20,000 bases of DNA from an uncultured virus (IMG/VR IMGVR_UViG_3300023174_008763). Lineage: Duplodnaviria; Heunggongvirae; Uroviricota; Caudoviricetes. Location of the stretch: the IMG/VR virus record IMGVR_UViG_3300023174_008763. One strand, written 5' to 3'. The notes beneath the pieces are model-generated. The model was not told the origin of the DNA and did not search any database. It worked only from the letters and a program-made list of their open reading frames with translations. A program made the translations under genes and the position numbers. Positions 1 to 8,272 of the stretch are shown piece by piece (the first letter of the stretch is position 1; every line of letters starts with the position of its first letter).

Positions 1-330
1 GATAATTGCTATAGATTTTCAGGTAACCCATTCAAACAAGGTGAAACTTTGAAATATGGCAATGAATTTCTCGATCAAATCCAAGCAATTGTAACTATAG
101 TAAACAATTTATTGAAAACCAATAAATTAACAAAAGCCAATCAAGAAAATTTTAAAAAAGCAGTATTTGGTGTTGGTAGAAAAGACTCACCTTTTGCTAA
201 AGTAAGTGCAATCAAGCAAATTGCTATAAATGTTTCAGATTTTATTTTGGGATCAGGAACCATATCAGGAGATGCTCCAAATCTCATTGCTAAAGCCGAA
301 GGATTGATGCAGCAGATGCTGTCTGTTTAA
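1..330 (+). CDS. Hypothetical protein, 5'-partial (runs off the left edge)
   Basis: The frame of ORF 49..330 is open back to position 1 (DNCYRFSGNPFKQGETLKYG...). Stop TAA at 328-330. No recognisable motif. Confidence 0.7.
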   Translation, partial: DNCYRFSGNPFKQGETLKYGNEFLDQIQAIVTIVNNLLKTNKLTKANQENFKKAVFGVGRKDSPFAKVSAIKQIAINVSDFILGSGTISGDAPNLIAKAEGLMQQMLSV

Positions 331-503
331 TCAATTTGAAAGAAATGAGAAGAAATATACCCGAAGCTCTTGGGGAATCAACGCCTGTGGAGATGAAAGC
401 TCTGGTAGATGGCTCCGCCATCTACGAAACTATCGTCGCAGAAGCAGGAATAAAACATCAATTAAGAACAAATGTTCAGAATTGTGTAAGTTTTTAAGAG
501 CGG
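330..503 (+). mobile_element. Remnant right end of an IS607/IS605-type tnpB element (TnpB C-terminal tail plus omegaRNA scaffold, no nuclease gene)
   Basis: Translates as INLKEMRRNIPEALGESTPVEMKAL...ETIVAEAGIKH...CVSF*, resembling the tail after the TnpB 'NAAINL' motif. Contains the recalled tnpB 3'-end words ACGCCTGTGGAGA, GAAGCAGGAA and a GTAAGTTTT...GAGCGG terminus. Hairpin GTAGATGGC/GCCATCTAC at 405-425. Pseudoknot GCTCTT (366-371) with AAGAGC (496-501). Confidence 0.75.
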
Positions 504-560
504 ACTAAAGGTTCCCCTGACGAGAGTTTACGACATTCCAGATCGAATCACTTTTGGCGA
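504..560. repeat. Dispersed non-coding repeat, copy 1 (partner at 19928-19987)
   Basis: ACTAAAGGTTCCCCTGACGAG vs ACTATAGGTTCCCCTGAAGAG (19/21), followed by ATTCCAGA..GAATC..TTTG(G)CGA in both copies. Confidence 0.7.
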
Positions 561-601
561 CCCGAAAAGGATGTTTCAATAATTCACTTAAATTTACGAT
601 T

Positions 602-1636
602 GTGTGGTATAAGTTTAGTCAATCAAATAACCCAATCGTTTGGATTGACAAAGACAATAAACAATATGTGTTATATATTGATAGAAATGGCAAACAACAG
701 AAAGTACCTTTTGATTCTGCTCAAAAACTAGGCATAAACCCAAATAATTTACCAGTAACTAATAATCCAAATTTCGTTAAAAAGAACATTTCCAATTGGA
801 ATTTCAACGATCAAAGCACCAGTCTTACGACAAATAATCCAGATTCCCAATCATTGTTTAACCCAGATTTTACCAGATATCAATCTCAGCAAGGATATAA
901 TTTGATGAATCAAGGATATTCTCTAGATCAAGCCAAACAGATCGTAAATAGCCAAGAATTTATTCAACAATACAATGCAAAAAATTCTTCATTAGGTAGT
1001 CAAAGCGATAGAAATAACCCAATCGTTTGGATCGACAAAGATAATAAACAATATGTATTATATATTGACAAAAATGGCCAACAGCAAAAAGAACCTTTTG
1101 AAACTGCGCAACAAAAATTAGGATTAGATCCAAATCATTTACCAACAACCAATGATCCAAATTTTGTCAAAAAGAATATTTCTAATTGGAATTTTAATGA
1201 TCAAAACACCAGGCTCACCGCCAATTCACCAGGATATTACAGCGGAAAAGATAAATATTCTGTAGAAAAAACTGGTTATATCAGCGAGCCAAAAAGTGAA
1301 CCTAAAATAGACACCACAAATATTACAGAATCAAATTTAAATTCAGCCAAAGCAGATAAAACAAATAAAGTACATTTGGTTAAAAACGACAAAGGCGATT
1401 ACGAAGTATGGTCAAATGGCCAGAAAACGCAAAGAACATTTGTAAATGATACAGGGCAAAAAAACTGGAGTGCAGAGGAAATGAAATCCGCCCTTAAAAA
1501 TTCTCCTCCTCCTGCAACAAATACACCTAATGCCGCGAAAAATCAATCTTCTACTCCTGCCCCCAAGCAAACACAGCCACCTCAGCAAAAAGAAGCTCCT
1601 AAGCAACCAGCGACCCCTGAACAAAAACCCAAATAA
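602..1636 (+). CDS. Hypothetical N/Q-rich protein with duplicated ~66-aa domain and Pro/Gln/Lys-rich tail
   Basis: ORF 554..1636. The more plausible start is GTG 602 (MWYKFSQ...) because 554-600 overlaps the repeat/hairpin region. Two copies of NNPIVWIDKDNKQYVLYID...FVKKNISNWNFNDQ. Confidence 0.75.
   Translation: MWYKFSQSNNPIVWIDKDNKQYVLYIDRNGKQQKVPFDSAQKLGINPNNLPVTNNPNFVKKNISNWNFNDQSTSLTTNNPDSQSLFNPDFTRYQSQQGYNLMNQGYSLDQAKQIVNSQEFIQQYNAKNSSLGSQSDRNNPIVWIDKDNKQYVLYIDKNGQQQKEPFETAQQKLGLDPNHLPTTNDPNFVKKNISNWNFNDQNTRLTANSPGYYSGKDKYSVEKTGYISEPKSEPKIDTTNITESNLNSAKADKTNKVHLVKNDKGDYEVWSNGQKTQRTFVNDTGQKNWSAEEMKSALKNSPPPATNTPNAAKNQSSTPAPKQTQPPQQKEAPKQPATPEQKPK
625..1212 (+). repeat. Intragenic direct repeat (~625-822 and ~1012-1212)
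   Basis: Near-identical protein segments. Many DNA differences are at synonymous positions. Confidence 0.85.
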
Positions 1637-1651
1637 ACCGTATAAAAAATA

Positions 1652-2266
1652 ATGTACTTTAATTTAATGGGCGAAACTTTCCCCACTGTTGTCAACGCGC
1701 CTGGTCAAAGCTACATGATACATCTTCAAGGGTGCAATTTGGGCTGTCAACAATGTTTTAATCCAGAATCTTGGTCATTTAAAACCAAAAACTTAGTAAA
1801 TGTAGAAGAACTTGCTGATAAAATTATTTCACACAATCCTGATTCTCTTACAATTAGTGGCGGCGAGCCTTTTCTTCAAATTCGCCCCCTTCTTTATTTT
1901 CTCAAATACTTACACAACGAAGATCCACACAATTGTCCATTTCCCAAAGGAATATTAATTTATTCAGGCTTTTATGAAGAAGAATTAATCAAAATGCCAG
2001 AATATAAACAAATTTTAAACTATGTTGATGTAATTGTGTCTGGAAGATTTGATTTTAATAAAAGAATTTATAATTCATTGCTGTCGAGCAGTAATCAAAA
2101 ATTTATTTGGGGTGATCGAGGTTTGATTAAAGAACAAGATCTTGAAAATCAAAATTACGAAATAATCATAGAAGAAGAGGGATTAAAACTCACTGGATTT
2201 CCTTCAGATTGGAATAAAGAAATAATAAAAGACCTAAAATCAAAAGGCATAGAATTTAGGAATTAG
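1652..2266 (+). CDS. Radical SAM 4Fe-4S protein, NrdG/RNR-activating-enzyme-like
   Basis: N-terminal 'VNAPG..YMIHLQGC', CxxxCxxC (CNLGCQQC), 'LTISGGEPFLQ', 'DVIVSGRF' and 'SSNQK' motifs. Confidence 0.85.
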   Translation: MYFNLMGETFPTVVNAPGQSYMIHLQGCNLGCQQCFNPESWSFKTKNLVNVEELADKIISHNPDSLTISGGEPFLQIRPLLYFLKYLHNEDPHNCPFPKGILIYSGFYEEELIKMPEYKQILNYVDVIVSGRFDFNKRIYNSLLSSSNQKFIWGDRGLIKEQDLENQNYEIIIEEEGLKLTGFPSDWNKEIIKDLKSKGIEFRN

Positions 2267-2336
2267 TAATAATTTTGTAGAATATTATATGTAGGTTCCG
2301 CAGAATCCATTGATTCATTCGAACCGAAGGTATAAA

Positions 2337-3050
2337 ATGAACACATTCAAAACACAATCTGATGCTTCGCTTATCAGTGAATATCAAAGAAACTTAAATA
2401 ATTCCGATCTTTTAGAATATCTTCTAGCAAAATTTGAGCCAATTTGCAAAAAACTTGCCTATGCTCACACACAAAAATATCCTACCACGCTTTTCGAGGA
2501 TAATCTTCAAAATAGTAGATTGGGTTGTCTGCTGGCTTTCCGCAGATACAAAGCGAATTCTAGCAAACCTTCCACATTTATATATTCCACCATTTATCAC
2601 TACCTTCTGTCTTGTAATGATGAAGAAGCATTTGTTAATTGCCCAACAAATATCAGAGAAGTAAGATCTTACATTGGCGGAAAATACAATTCGCATCCTG
2701 AGAAGAAAAGAAAATTTGAGAAAAAACATGGCATAAATAACAAAAGTGATTATGACAATCTCGCTCGCCAATACTCTCTCGTTAATCCAGAAAATATGCA
2801 AATCAAATCCGACGACCAATTGCCCGAAAATACATATGTTCATAATATTTTGGATAATATTTGCAACAGCATGTTCGTTGATAGCTTGTCTTTAGAATGT
2901 AAACAGATTGCATATTTGTTAATTCAAGGATATTCTCAAACAGAAATTTCAGAGATTATGTCAAAAAATAAATCTACGACAATTAAACAAATTGGAGCAA
3001 AAATAAACATAATCAGAAAAAATCTCGTAAAATACTATCATGAGTGTTAA
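2337..3050 (+). CDS. Divergent sigma-70-family RNA polymerase sigma factor
   Basis: Region-2-like 'LLAKFEPICKKLAY...FEDNLQNSRLGCLLAFRRY...PSTFIYSTI' and region-4 HTH-like 'GYSQTEISEIM'. ATG 2337 preferred over TTG 2310. Confidence 0.7.
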   Translation: MNTFKTQSDASLISEYQRNLNNSDLLEYLLAKFEPICKKLAYAHTQKYPTTLFEDNLQNSRLGCLLAFRRYKANSSKPSTFIYSTIYHYLLSCNDEEAFVNCPTNIREVRSYIGGKYNSHPEKKRKFEKKHGINNKSDYDNLARQYSLVNPENMQIKSDDQLPENTYVHNILDNICNSMFVDSLSLECKQIAYLLIQGYSQTEISEIMSKNKSTTIKQIGAKINIIRKNLVKYYHEC

Positions 3051-3570
3051 ATATTACAGTGTGCATGTTATACCAGGCAGAGAAAATAAAGCTAGAGACA
3101 TGCTTTTAAATAGAGCAGTGGCCCATAAAGCTTGGCAAGATACAATTTTGGAAATAATCATTCCTACTCAAAAAGAATTTGTAACACGAAATGGAAAAAG
3201 AAAAATTGTTGACAAAAAAATCTTTCCTGGATACATCTTTATCAAAATGTATCTTGATGAATACACTGAAAAGTTGGTTCAGGGTACAGATGGTGTGTCT
3301 GGTTTTGTAAGAGTGGGCAAAAAACCAGTTCCGATGGAAGATTATGAAATTGAAAAGATTCTTAAAAATCTTGAAAATCAAGAAGAATCTCCGCAATCAA
3401 CGTTTAAGCCAAACGATATTGTGTTGATTGTTTCAGGTCCATTCTCAGAATTTAAAGGTAAAATTGAAAGCGTGGATGAGACAAAATCAAAGGTGAAAGC
3501 CTATGTGAATATTTTTGGCAGAGATACTCTCGCTGAATTCGATATGAAAGATGTCCAATTAAATGCTTGA
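3040..3570 (+). CDS. nusG: Transcription termination/antitermination factor NusG
   Basis: NGN domain (YSVHVIPGRENK, KIFPGYIFIKM, GVSGFV) and KOW domain (VLIVSGPFSEFKGKI, VNIFGRDT). Confidence 0.95.
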   Translation: MSVKYYSVHVIPGRENKARDMLLNRAVAHKAWQDTILEIIIPTQKEFVTRNGKRKIVDKKIFPGYIFIKMYLDEYTEKLVQGTDGVSGFVRVGKKPVPMEDYEIEKILKNLENQEESPQSTFKPNDIVLIVSGPFSEFKGKIESVDETKSKVKAYVNIFGRDTLAEFDMKDVQLNA

Positions 3571-3581
3571 TTTTCAATTTT

Positions 3582-3610
3582 TTCCCACCTTCACACAATC
3601 TGGGTATAAC
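3582..3610 (+). promoter_or_regulatory. Repeated promoter cassette copy 1 (TTCCCA-N17-TATAAC)
   Basis: TTCCCACCTTCACACAATCTGGGTATAAC. ATG 5 nt downstream (3616). Confidence 0.8.
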
Positions 3611-3615
3611 AAGGT

Positions 3616-4044
3616 ATGCCTAGTAAGACTATAGTTAGATACGCAAAGAATGCTTGCAAGAAATCCTCTTGTGAGCATTCTTTGGCCGCCGTGCTTTACA
3701 AAGGGGGAGCGGTTATTCGCGTAGCCTGCAATGAAAATAAAACGCTGGCCTATAGAAAGAAATACTTTTCTCATGGAGAGCCTTCCCGCCATGCGGAGAT
3801 GAATGTCATTCATGGCATTCCAAGAGATGTAATCACTAAGTGTTCAATGCTTGTTGTTCGTTTGAATAAGAAAAATGAATTATCGTCGGCTAAGCCATGT
3901 ATAGCTTGTGCCAGCGCTCTCTATGATGCAGGTATTAAAAAAGTTTATTATACTTCCTATACAGGAGAAATTTTAAAACTTGATTTTAATGAACTTTCTG
4001 AAGGCAAATACGTTAAGGAAAATTATCTCAATTATACACGATAA
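3616..4044 (+). CDS. Zinc-dependent cytidine/dCMP deaminase-family protein
   Basis: HAE motif (RHAEMN), PCxxC (KPCIAC) and 'GIKKVYY'. Confidence 0.85.
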   Translation: MPSKTIVRYAKNACKKSSCEHSLAAVLYKGGAVIRVACNENKTLAYRKKYFSHGEPSRHAEMNVIHGIPRDVITKCSMLVVRLNKKNELSSAKPCIACASALYDAGIKKVYYTSYTGEILKLDFNELSEGKYVKENYLNYTR

Positions 4045-4050
4045 AATATT

Positions 4051-4599
4051 ATGAAAACAAAACAAGAACATTTCGAACAATTATTTAAAGAATCTCGGAC
4101 CAAGCTTTACAACGTAGCTTACAACATTACCAAAAATAGAGAAAATGCCGAAGAGGTATTACAAGACGCATATGTAAAAGCATGGAAAAAATTCGATTCT
4201 TATGATCCTGAAAAGAAATTCATCAATTGGATGACAACAATTGTTAGAAATGCGGGAATTGATGCCAACAGATTACGTAATAAGAATGTATCTGCTTTTT
4301 CTATCAATAGTGTTTTTGTTAATAATGATAAAGATTCAAGTCAAAATCTTCAATTAGACGTAGAAGACAAATCTTCTGATTTGTATGCTATGCTTGAAAA
4401 TAAAGAATTGATGAAAAGCATTTATGAATCTGTTGCTAAGCTTCCCGCCGATCTACAGATTGTTATGATTCCGTTTATGGAAGGCCAAACATACACGGAA
4501 ATTTCAGATTCTTCTAATCTTGCGCTTACTACAGTGAGGGCAAGAGTACACAGAGGAAAGAAAATTTTGCGAAGTTCAATTAACATCGCAAACTTTTAA
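4051..4599 (+). CDS. ECF-type RNA polymerase sigma factor
   Basis: 'LYNVAYNIT..RENAEEVLQDAYVKAW...FINWMTTIVRN..ID' (region 2) and 'GQTYTEIS...TTVRARVHRGKK' (region 4). Confidence 0.9.
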   Translation: MKTKQEHFEQLFKESRTKLYNVAYNITKNRENAEEVLQDAYVKAWKKFDSYDPEKKFINWMTTIVRNAGIDANRLRNKNVSAFSINSVFVNNDKDSSQNLQLDVEDKSSDLYAMLENKELMKSIYESVAKLPADLQIVMIPFMEGQTYTEISDSSNLALTTVRARVHRGKKILRSSINIANF

Positions 4600-4636
4600 G
4601 TAAAAAAACCGTATAAATTATTAAAGGAAAAAAAAT

Positions 4637-5095
4637 ATGAATAAACTAATCACAATTATTTCACTCGCCGCTCTCACCGTTGGTGCTTTTGCTCAATCAG
4701 GTGAAAAGCTCGGCCTACGACCTTATAACTGGAAGCCACAGGCTCAATTTCAAGCACAATCGCTAGATGTCAAGACATCTTCAGATGGTGTGAGCGTTCT
4801 TTGGCTCCGCGATGGCCTTTCGACAAACTACACCGCTCTTTCTGTTCCAATGTTCCAGGTTACTGGTCTTGGTAATCGAGTGAGTATCGTTGGACTAGGG
4901 GCTTATGATAGCAACTTCACTCGAACCAATGTTTGGGCTGGCACTGGCGTGTCTGTTTCCCTAGTGGAAACTTCAGGCTGGTCGGTTAAGGCATATGGCG
5001 GCTGGAAGGGCTTTAATCTTGGCAATAACTTCAATGCCGCCCAGGGCAAGGAAGCATTTGTCTACGGACTTGGATTCTCAGTTCCTATTCGTTAA
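4637..5095 (+). CDS. Secreted, probable outer-membrane beta-strand protein
   Basis: Signal peptide ending AFA|Q. Amphipathic Gly/aromatic strands (VWAGTGVSVSL, FVYGLGFSVP). SD-like AAGGA, higher GC than neighbours, followed by a strong terminator. Confidence 0.65.
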   Translation: MNKLITIISLAALTVGAFAQSGEKLGLRPYNWKPQAQFQAQSLDVKTSSDGVSVLWLRDGLSTNYTALSVPMFQVTGLGNRVSIVGLGAYDSNFTRTNVWAGTGVSVSLVETSGWSVKAYGGWKGFNLGNNFNAAQGKEAFVYGLGFSVPIR

Positions 5096-5109
5096 TTGAT
5101 TCTTTCGTC

Positions 5110-5137
5110 AAAATCCCTGAGAAATCAGGGATTTTTT
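5110..5137 (+). terminator. Rho-independent terminator
   Basis: AAAATCCCTGA-GAAA-TCAGGGATTTTTT. Confidence 0.85.
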
Positions 5138-5160
5138 GTTCTCTCACATAATAAATCAAT

Positions 5161-5556
5161 GGGGGTATAAGCGAATCGATTGACGAATGACATTCTCTAT
5201 GTTGCATGTAGTGGGTGAGTATCAGGCCACTTAAAAAGATATTCAAAAAATAAATGCTAAAACAAGCAAGAAAACTCGCAGATTCAACAAGGGCTTTGCT
5301 CAAGTTGGAAATGTAATGTTCGCCTAAGAGCGCACTGGAAAATTGAACACCCGTAGCTAGTAGGGTATCTTTTTTCTTAGAATTAAATCTAGCAAAAAAC
5401 ATTAATCACAATCTAATGTTAAAGTTTGTGCATAGAATTTTGTTGATTTGATAATATGTTCAACATTTTTCGGAGTAAAAAACAATTTATCTAAACATGT
5501 AGAAGCAAGATGATGGTTTGGGCAAGAAACGGGTTGGATTCCCGTTACCTCCACCA
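5161..5556 (+). ncRNA. ssrA: tmRNA
   Basis: 5' GGGGGTA pairs with 3' TACCTCC-ACCA, including a G3:U wobble (Ala identity). T-arm ACGGG-TTGGATT-CCCGT. PK1 from GTGG/CCAC plus GAGTATC/GATATTC. Resume context ATAAAT-GCT, then tag ORF 5256-5327. Confidence 0.92.
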
Positions 5557-5606
5557 AGATTTAGAATAATTTAGGTTAAAACTTGATGAATCACGAATAA
5601 ACAATT

Positions 5607-6155
5607 GTGTTTCAGGGTTTTGAAAAATTATATTTACCGTTTGAAAAGTGCACAGAAAAAGAAAAGATTTCTGCGGCAAATCTCATGGCTTTCCCCGAAG
5701 CTGTCACTCCAGAATTATATGATAGTATATTTTATTCCTGTGAATTGAGTTTAAGTGGAATTTGCAAGACTAAAACTGATTTCATTATTGGTGCATTTTT
5801 GGCCCGTGTTTTGCCGGGATATCAATTAATTTTATTAGAGAATATTTCAGTAAACCCAACGCTCAAATCGCGATCATACGGCAGAGATATTATAAATTAT
5901 TTAGGCGAAAAAGGTTTGAGTTTTTATGGTGAAAATTTTAAAGGCATTGTTTCACCAATTAAATGCGACAAAAAGAAAAAATCCACCGATCACAAAAACG
6001 CATTCTTATTAAGATCAATGATTAATTCAGGTGGTTCGATTATTGTTGAAGGCGCAAGAGCAAAAAACAATCATTTGCACTTCATTTATTTTCCTTATAA
6101 TGGAGGCAGTGACAATGAAGAAATCCAAGAGGTTTTCAAAAAAATATATTCTTAA
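5607..6155 (+). CDS. Putative GNAT-fold acetyltransferase
   Basis: 'LLENISVNPTLKSRSYGRDIINYL' resembles GNAT motif A. Confidence 0.45.
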   Translation: MFQGFEKLYLPFEKCTEKEKISAANLMAFPEAVTPELYDSIFYSCELSLSGICKTKTDFIIGAFLARVLPGYQLILLENISVNPTLKSRSYGRDIINYLGEKGLSFYGENFKGIVSPIKCDKKKKSTDHKNAFLLRSMINSGGSIIVEGARAKNNHLHFIYFPYNGGSDNEEIQEVFKKIYS

Positions 6156-6588
6156 TTTTTTTTTGTTAGCGATTGTTTTAGTTTTTGCAATTTATTTCCA
6201 TATATCCACATCTTATTTTTTTGTAATCGTTGAAGGCAATTCTATGAATCCCACTTTCAGAAGCCATCAAATCTTATATTTCACAAGAAATATCGATGAA
6301 ATTGGAATAGATAATGTAGTTGTCTTTAAGCGCAATGGCGAAACATGCATCAAAAGAATAACTGGGATTCCTGGAGGTTATTACCTCAAGAGTCAAGCTG
6401 AGCCATTAAGCTTTGTGATGGTCACGCAAGATTCTTTAAAAATTCGTAAAAGTAAATACTACACCATTCAAGCATTAAATCAAGATGAATTTTATATAGA
6501 AGGCGATAATCGAGGTGAATCTTTCGACTCAAATCGCTTTGGTCCAATTAAAAGATCTCAAATAATTGGAAAGCTTTTTGCATTTTGA
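6115..6588 (+). CDS. lepB: Signal peptidase I (S26)
   Basis: N-terminal TM helix, catalytic Ser box 'GNSMNPT', Lys box 'IKRITG' and 'GDNRGESFDSN'. ATG 6115 has GGAGG upstream. Confidence 0.9.
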   Translation: MKKSKRFSKKYILNFFLLAIVLVFAIYFHISTSYFFVIVEGNSMNPTFRSHQILYFTRNIDEIGIDNVVVFKRNGETCIKRITGIPGGYYLKSQAEPLSFVMVTQDSLKIRKSKYYTIQALNQDEFYIEGDNRGESFDSNRFGPIKRSQIIGKLFAF

Positions 6589-6604
6589 AATGTACAATTA
6601 AATA

Positions 6605-6898
6605 ATGTGGATCAATATTTTAGAAGAAGAATATGCGGTTATATCTCAAGCCCTCAGTCATTGTAATTTACACGGATTAAATTTTCTCATAAAAACAAAG
6701 CGAGGAGATTTTTCGCCACATAATCCCAAGCACACAAGGGAAAATGCCGTGAAAGCCGCCCAAACTTATTTTTCTGCAAATGATTTAATTATCAATGATG
6801 ATTGTGTTCAATGGACTGATGATGGTGATGCTCTTGTTATGGCTTGGCAAAAGGTACCGTCTGCGTTTATTGAAGAAAAATGTAATTGTGGAAAATAA
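6605..6898 (+). CDS. Hypothetical protein
   Basis: 97-aa ORF filling the gap, preceded by a TGTACA motif. Confidence 0.65.
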   Translation: MWINILEEEYAVISQALSHCNLHGLNFLIKTKRGDFSPHNPKHTRENAVKAAQTYFSANDLIINDDCVQWTDDGDALVMAWQKVPSAFIEEKCNCGK

Positions 6899-6938
6899 TT
6901 AAGGAATTTTCCTAAAAACTCTGAAAAATTAAATATAC

Positions 6939-7703
6939 ATGTCTATATTTATGTCGCCACATACACAACAATACTCTGTGGTTGATCCTATAAAAAACAA
7001 TTTGGATGAAGAGCTTATCAAAAATAATAAGCTCAGAAAGGATGTACGCGCAAAAATTTTAGATGCAGTGGATAAAATTTCGAGTAAACTAGATATTAAA
7101 GTAGAAAGAATTTATCTTGTTGGTTCCTCCCTTACCCATCAATATACCGACGATAGTGACATAGATGTAACAATATTTGTTAAGCACACTGAAGAAGAGT
7201 TACACAATCTGAATAAACTCGCAGACAAATATTTCAATGAAAAAATTTATATAAATGAACATCCAATCAATTTTCATTTTAATTCTGGCAGATATTATAA
7301 ATTTAAAGCAGACGCTATTTATGATTTAAAAAATGATAAATGGATCAAAAAGCCAGAAGCTATGTCTCAAGATGATGTTGAAGATATTATTCGCGGATGT
7401 CAAAATGTCAAAGAATTTAATGAAATTCTATCTGAATATACTGAATTAAAAAAAATGCTTGAATCATTTTCTGGTCAACAAGATTCTCTCACAGAAATAA
7501 TTGATCAAACGATGAAAGTTTCTAATTTATTCAATAAAATTAAAGACATTAGACGCGAAGATTTTAAAAAACGCGATACAGAAGGATTGCCTTCTGCAAA
7601 CTTTCGATGCAGTAATATAGTATTAAAATTATTAGAACAATATGGTCTTGATGATTTAGCTGCTCAAATCTCCACCTTTTTGTCTGCTAGGCTCAAAAAT
7701 TAA
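6939..7703 (+). CDS. Pol-beta superfamily nucleotidyltransferase
   Basis: 'IYLVGSSLTHQYTDDSDIDVTI' (GS..DxD) and 'AIYDLKNDKWIKKP', typical of phage NTases. Confidence 0.85.
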   Translation: MSIFMSPHTQQYSVVDPIKNNLDEELIKNNKLRKDVRAKILDAVDKISSKLDIKVERIYLVGSSLTHQYTDDSDIDVTIFVKHTEEELHNLNKLADKYFNEKIYINEHPINFHFNSGRYYKFKADAIYDLKNDKWIKKPEAMSQDDVEDIIRGCQNVKEFNEILSEYTELKKMLESFSGQQDSLTEIIDQTMKVSNLFNKIKDIRREDFKKRDTEGLPSANFRCSNIVLKLLEQYGLDDLAAQISTFLSARLKN

Positions 7704-8237
7704 AGCTACAGGCATTGGAAGATTGCCAGCTTTGACAATTTGGTGAGTGGATCTAAAATAAAATCCCACTTGATTCAATCCTGGGAGCTTTATTGCGTTT
7801 TGGCAATTCATTTCGTCTAATTTTTTTGTAATTCCGCTGAGCAAGCATTTTTTTGTTAGTAATACAATGTAATTACCAAACTTTTTTTGACCTATTGAAA
7901 CATGACATCCAGGTGAAAGTTCGCCCACAGAAAATTCTTCTTCTTTAAATCTTTTTTGTATTTGAAAATTTTCGAGTAATGTAGGGCCAGCTTGAATTAT
8001 ACTATTCCCCACTTCAAAGCTTGGCCTAAATTTTTTTCCTTCAATTTTTGTCATAATTAAGCCATTGTCCTTTAGAAATCCAATTGGGTGTCCATTTTTA
8101 TGATAATTACAACAAATAGCTAATCCATAAAAATTATCACCTGGCTCAAAATCAAATACTATTTTAGTGGAAAAAGAATCTTTTTGAATTTCAATTAAAA
8201 ATTCATCTTCATTATTTCGATGAATTGTGTATTCCAT
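7656..8237 (-). CDS. Hypothetical protein, possibly a degenerate phosphodiester glycosidase (NAGPA-like)
   Basis: 'IIQAGPTLLEN' and 'MNCQNAIKLPG' loosely resemble NAGPA motifs, but the LDGGGS motif is absent. Start probably ATG 8237, 8 nt after TGTACA. Confidence 0.45.
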   Translation of the reverse strand: MEYTIHRNNEDEFLIEIQKDSFSTKIVFDFEPGDNFYGLAICCNYHKNGHPIGFLKDNGLIMTKIEGKKFRPSFEVGNSIIQAGPTLLENFQIQKRFKEEEFSVGELSPGCHVSIGQKKFGNYIVLLTKKCLLSGITKKLDEMNCQNAIKLPGLNQVGFYFRSTHQIVKAGNLPMPVALIFEPSRQKGGDLSS

Positions 8238-8272
8238 GAATTGATTGTACAAAAATGCCCGTATATTCTACT

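Noticed and set aside
511..570. Hammerhead ribozyme (CTGACGA...CGAAA, and CTGAAGA at 19941)
   Set aside because: Stem II does not close properly, and no UH cleavage site with stem III can be built in either copy.
5085..5402. 105-aa minus-strand ORF
   Set aside because: Antisense to the tmRNA and terminator, with no motif.
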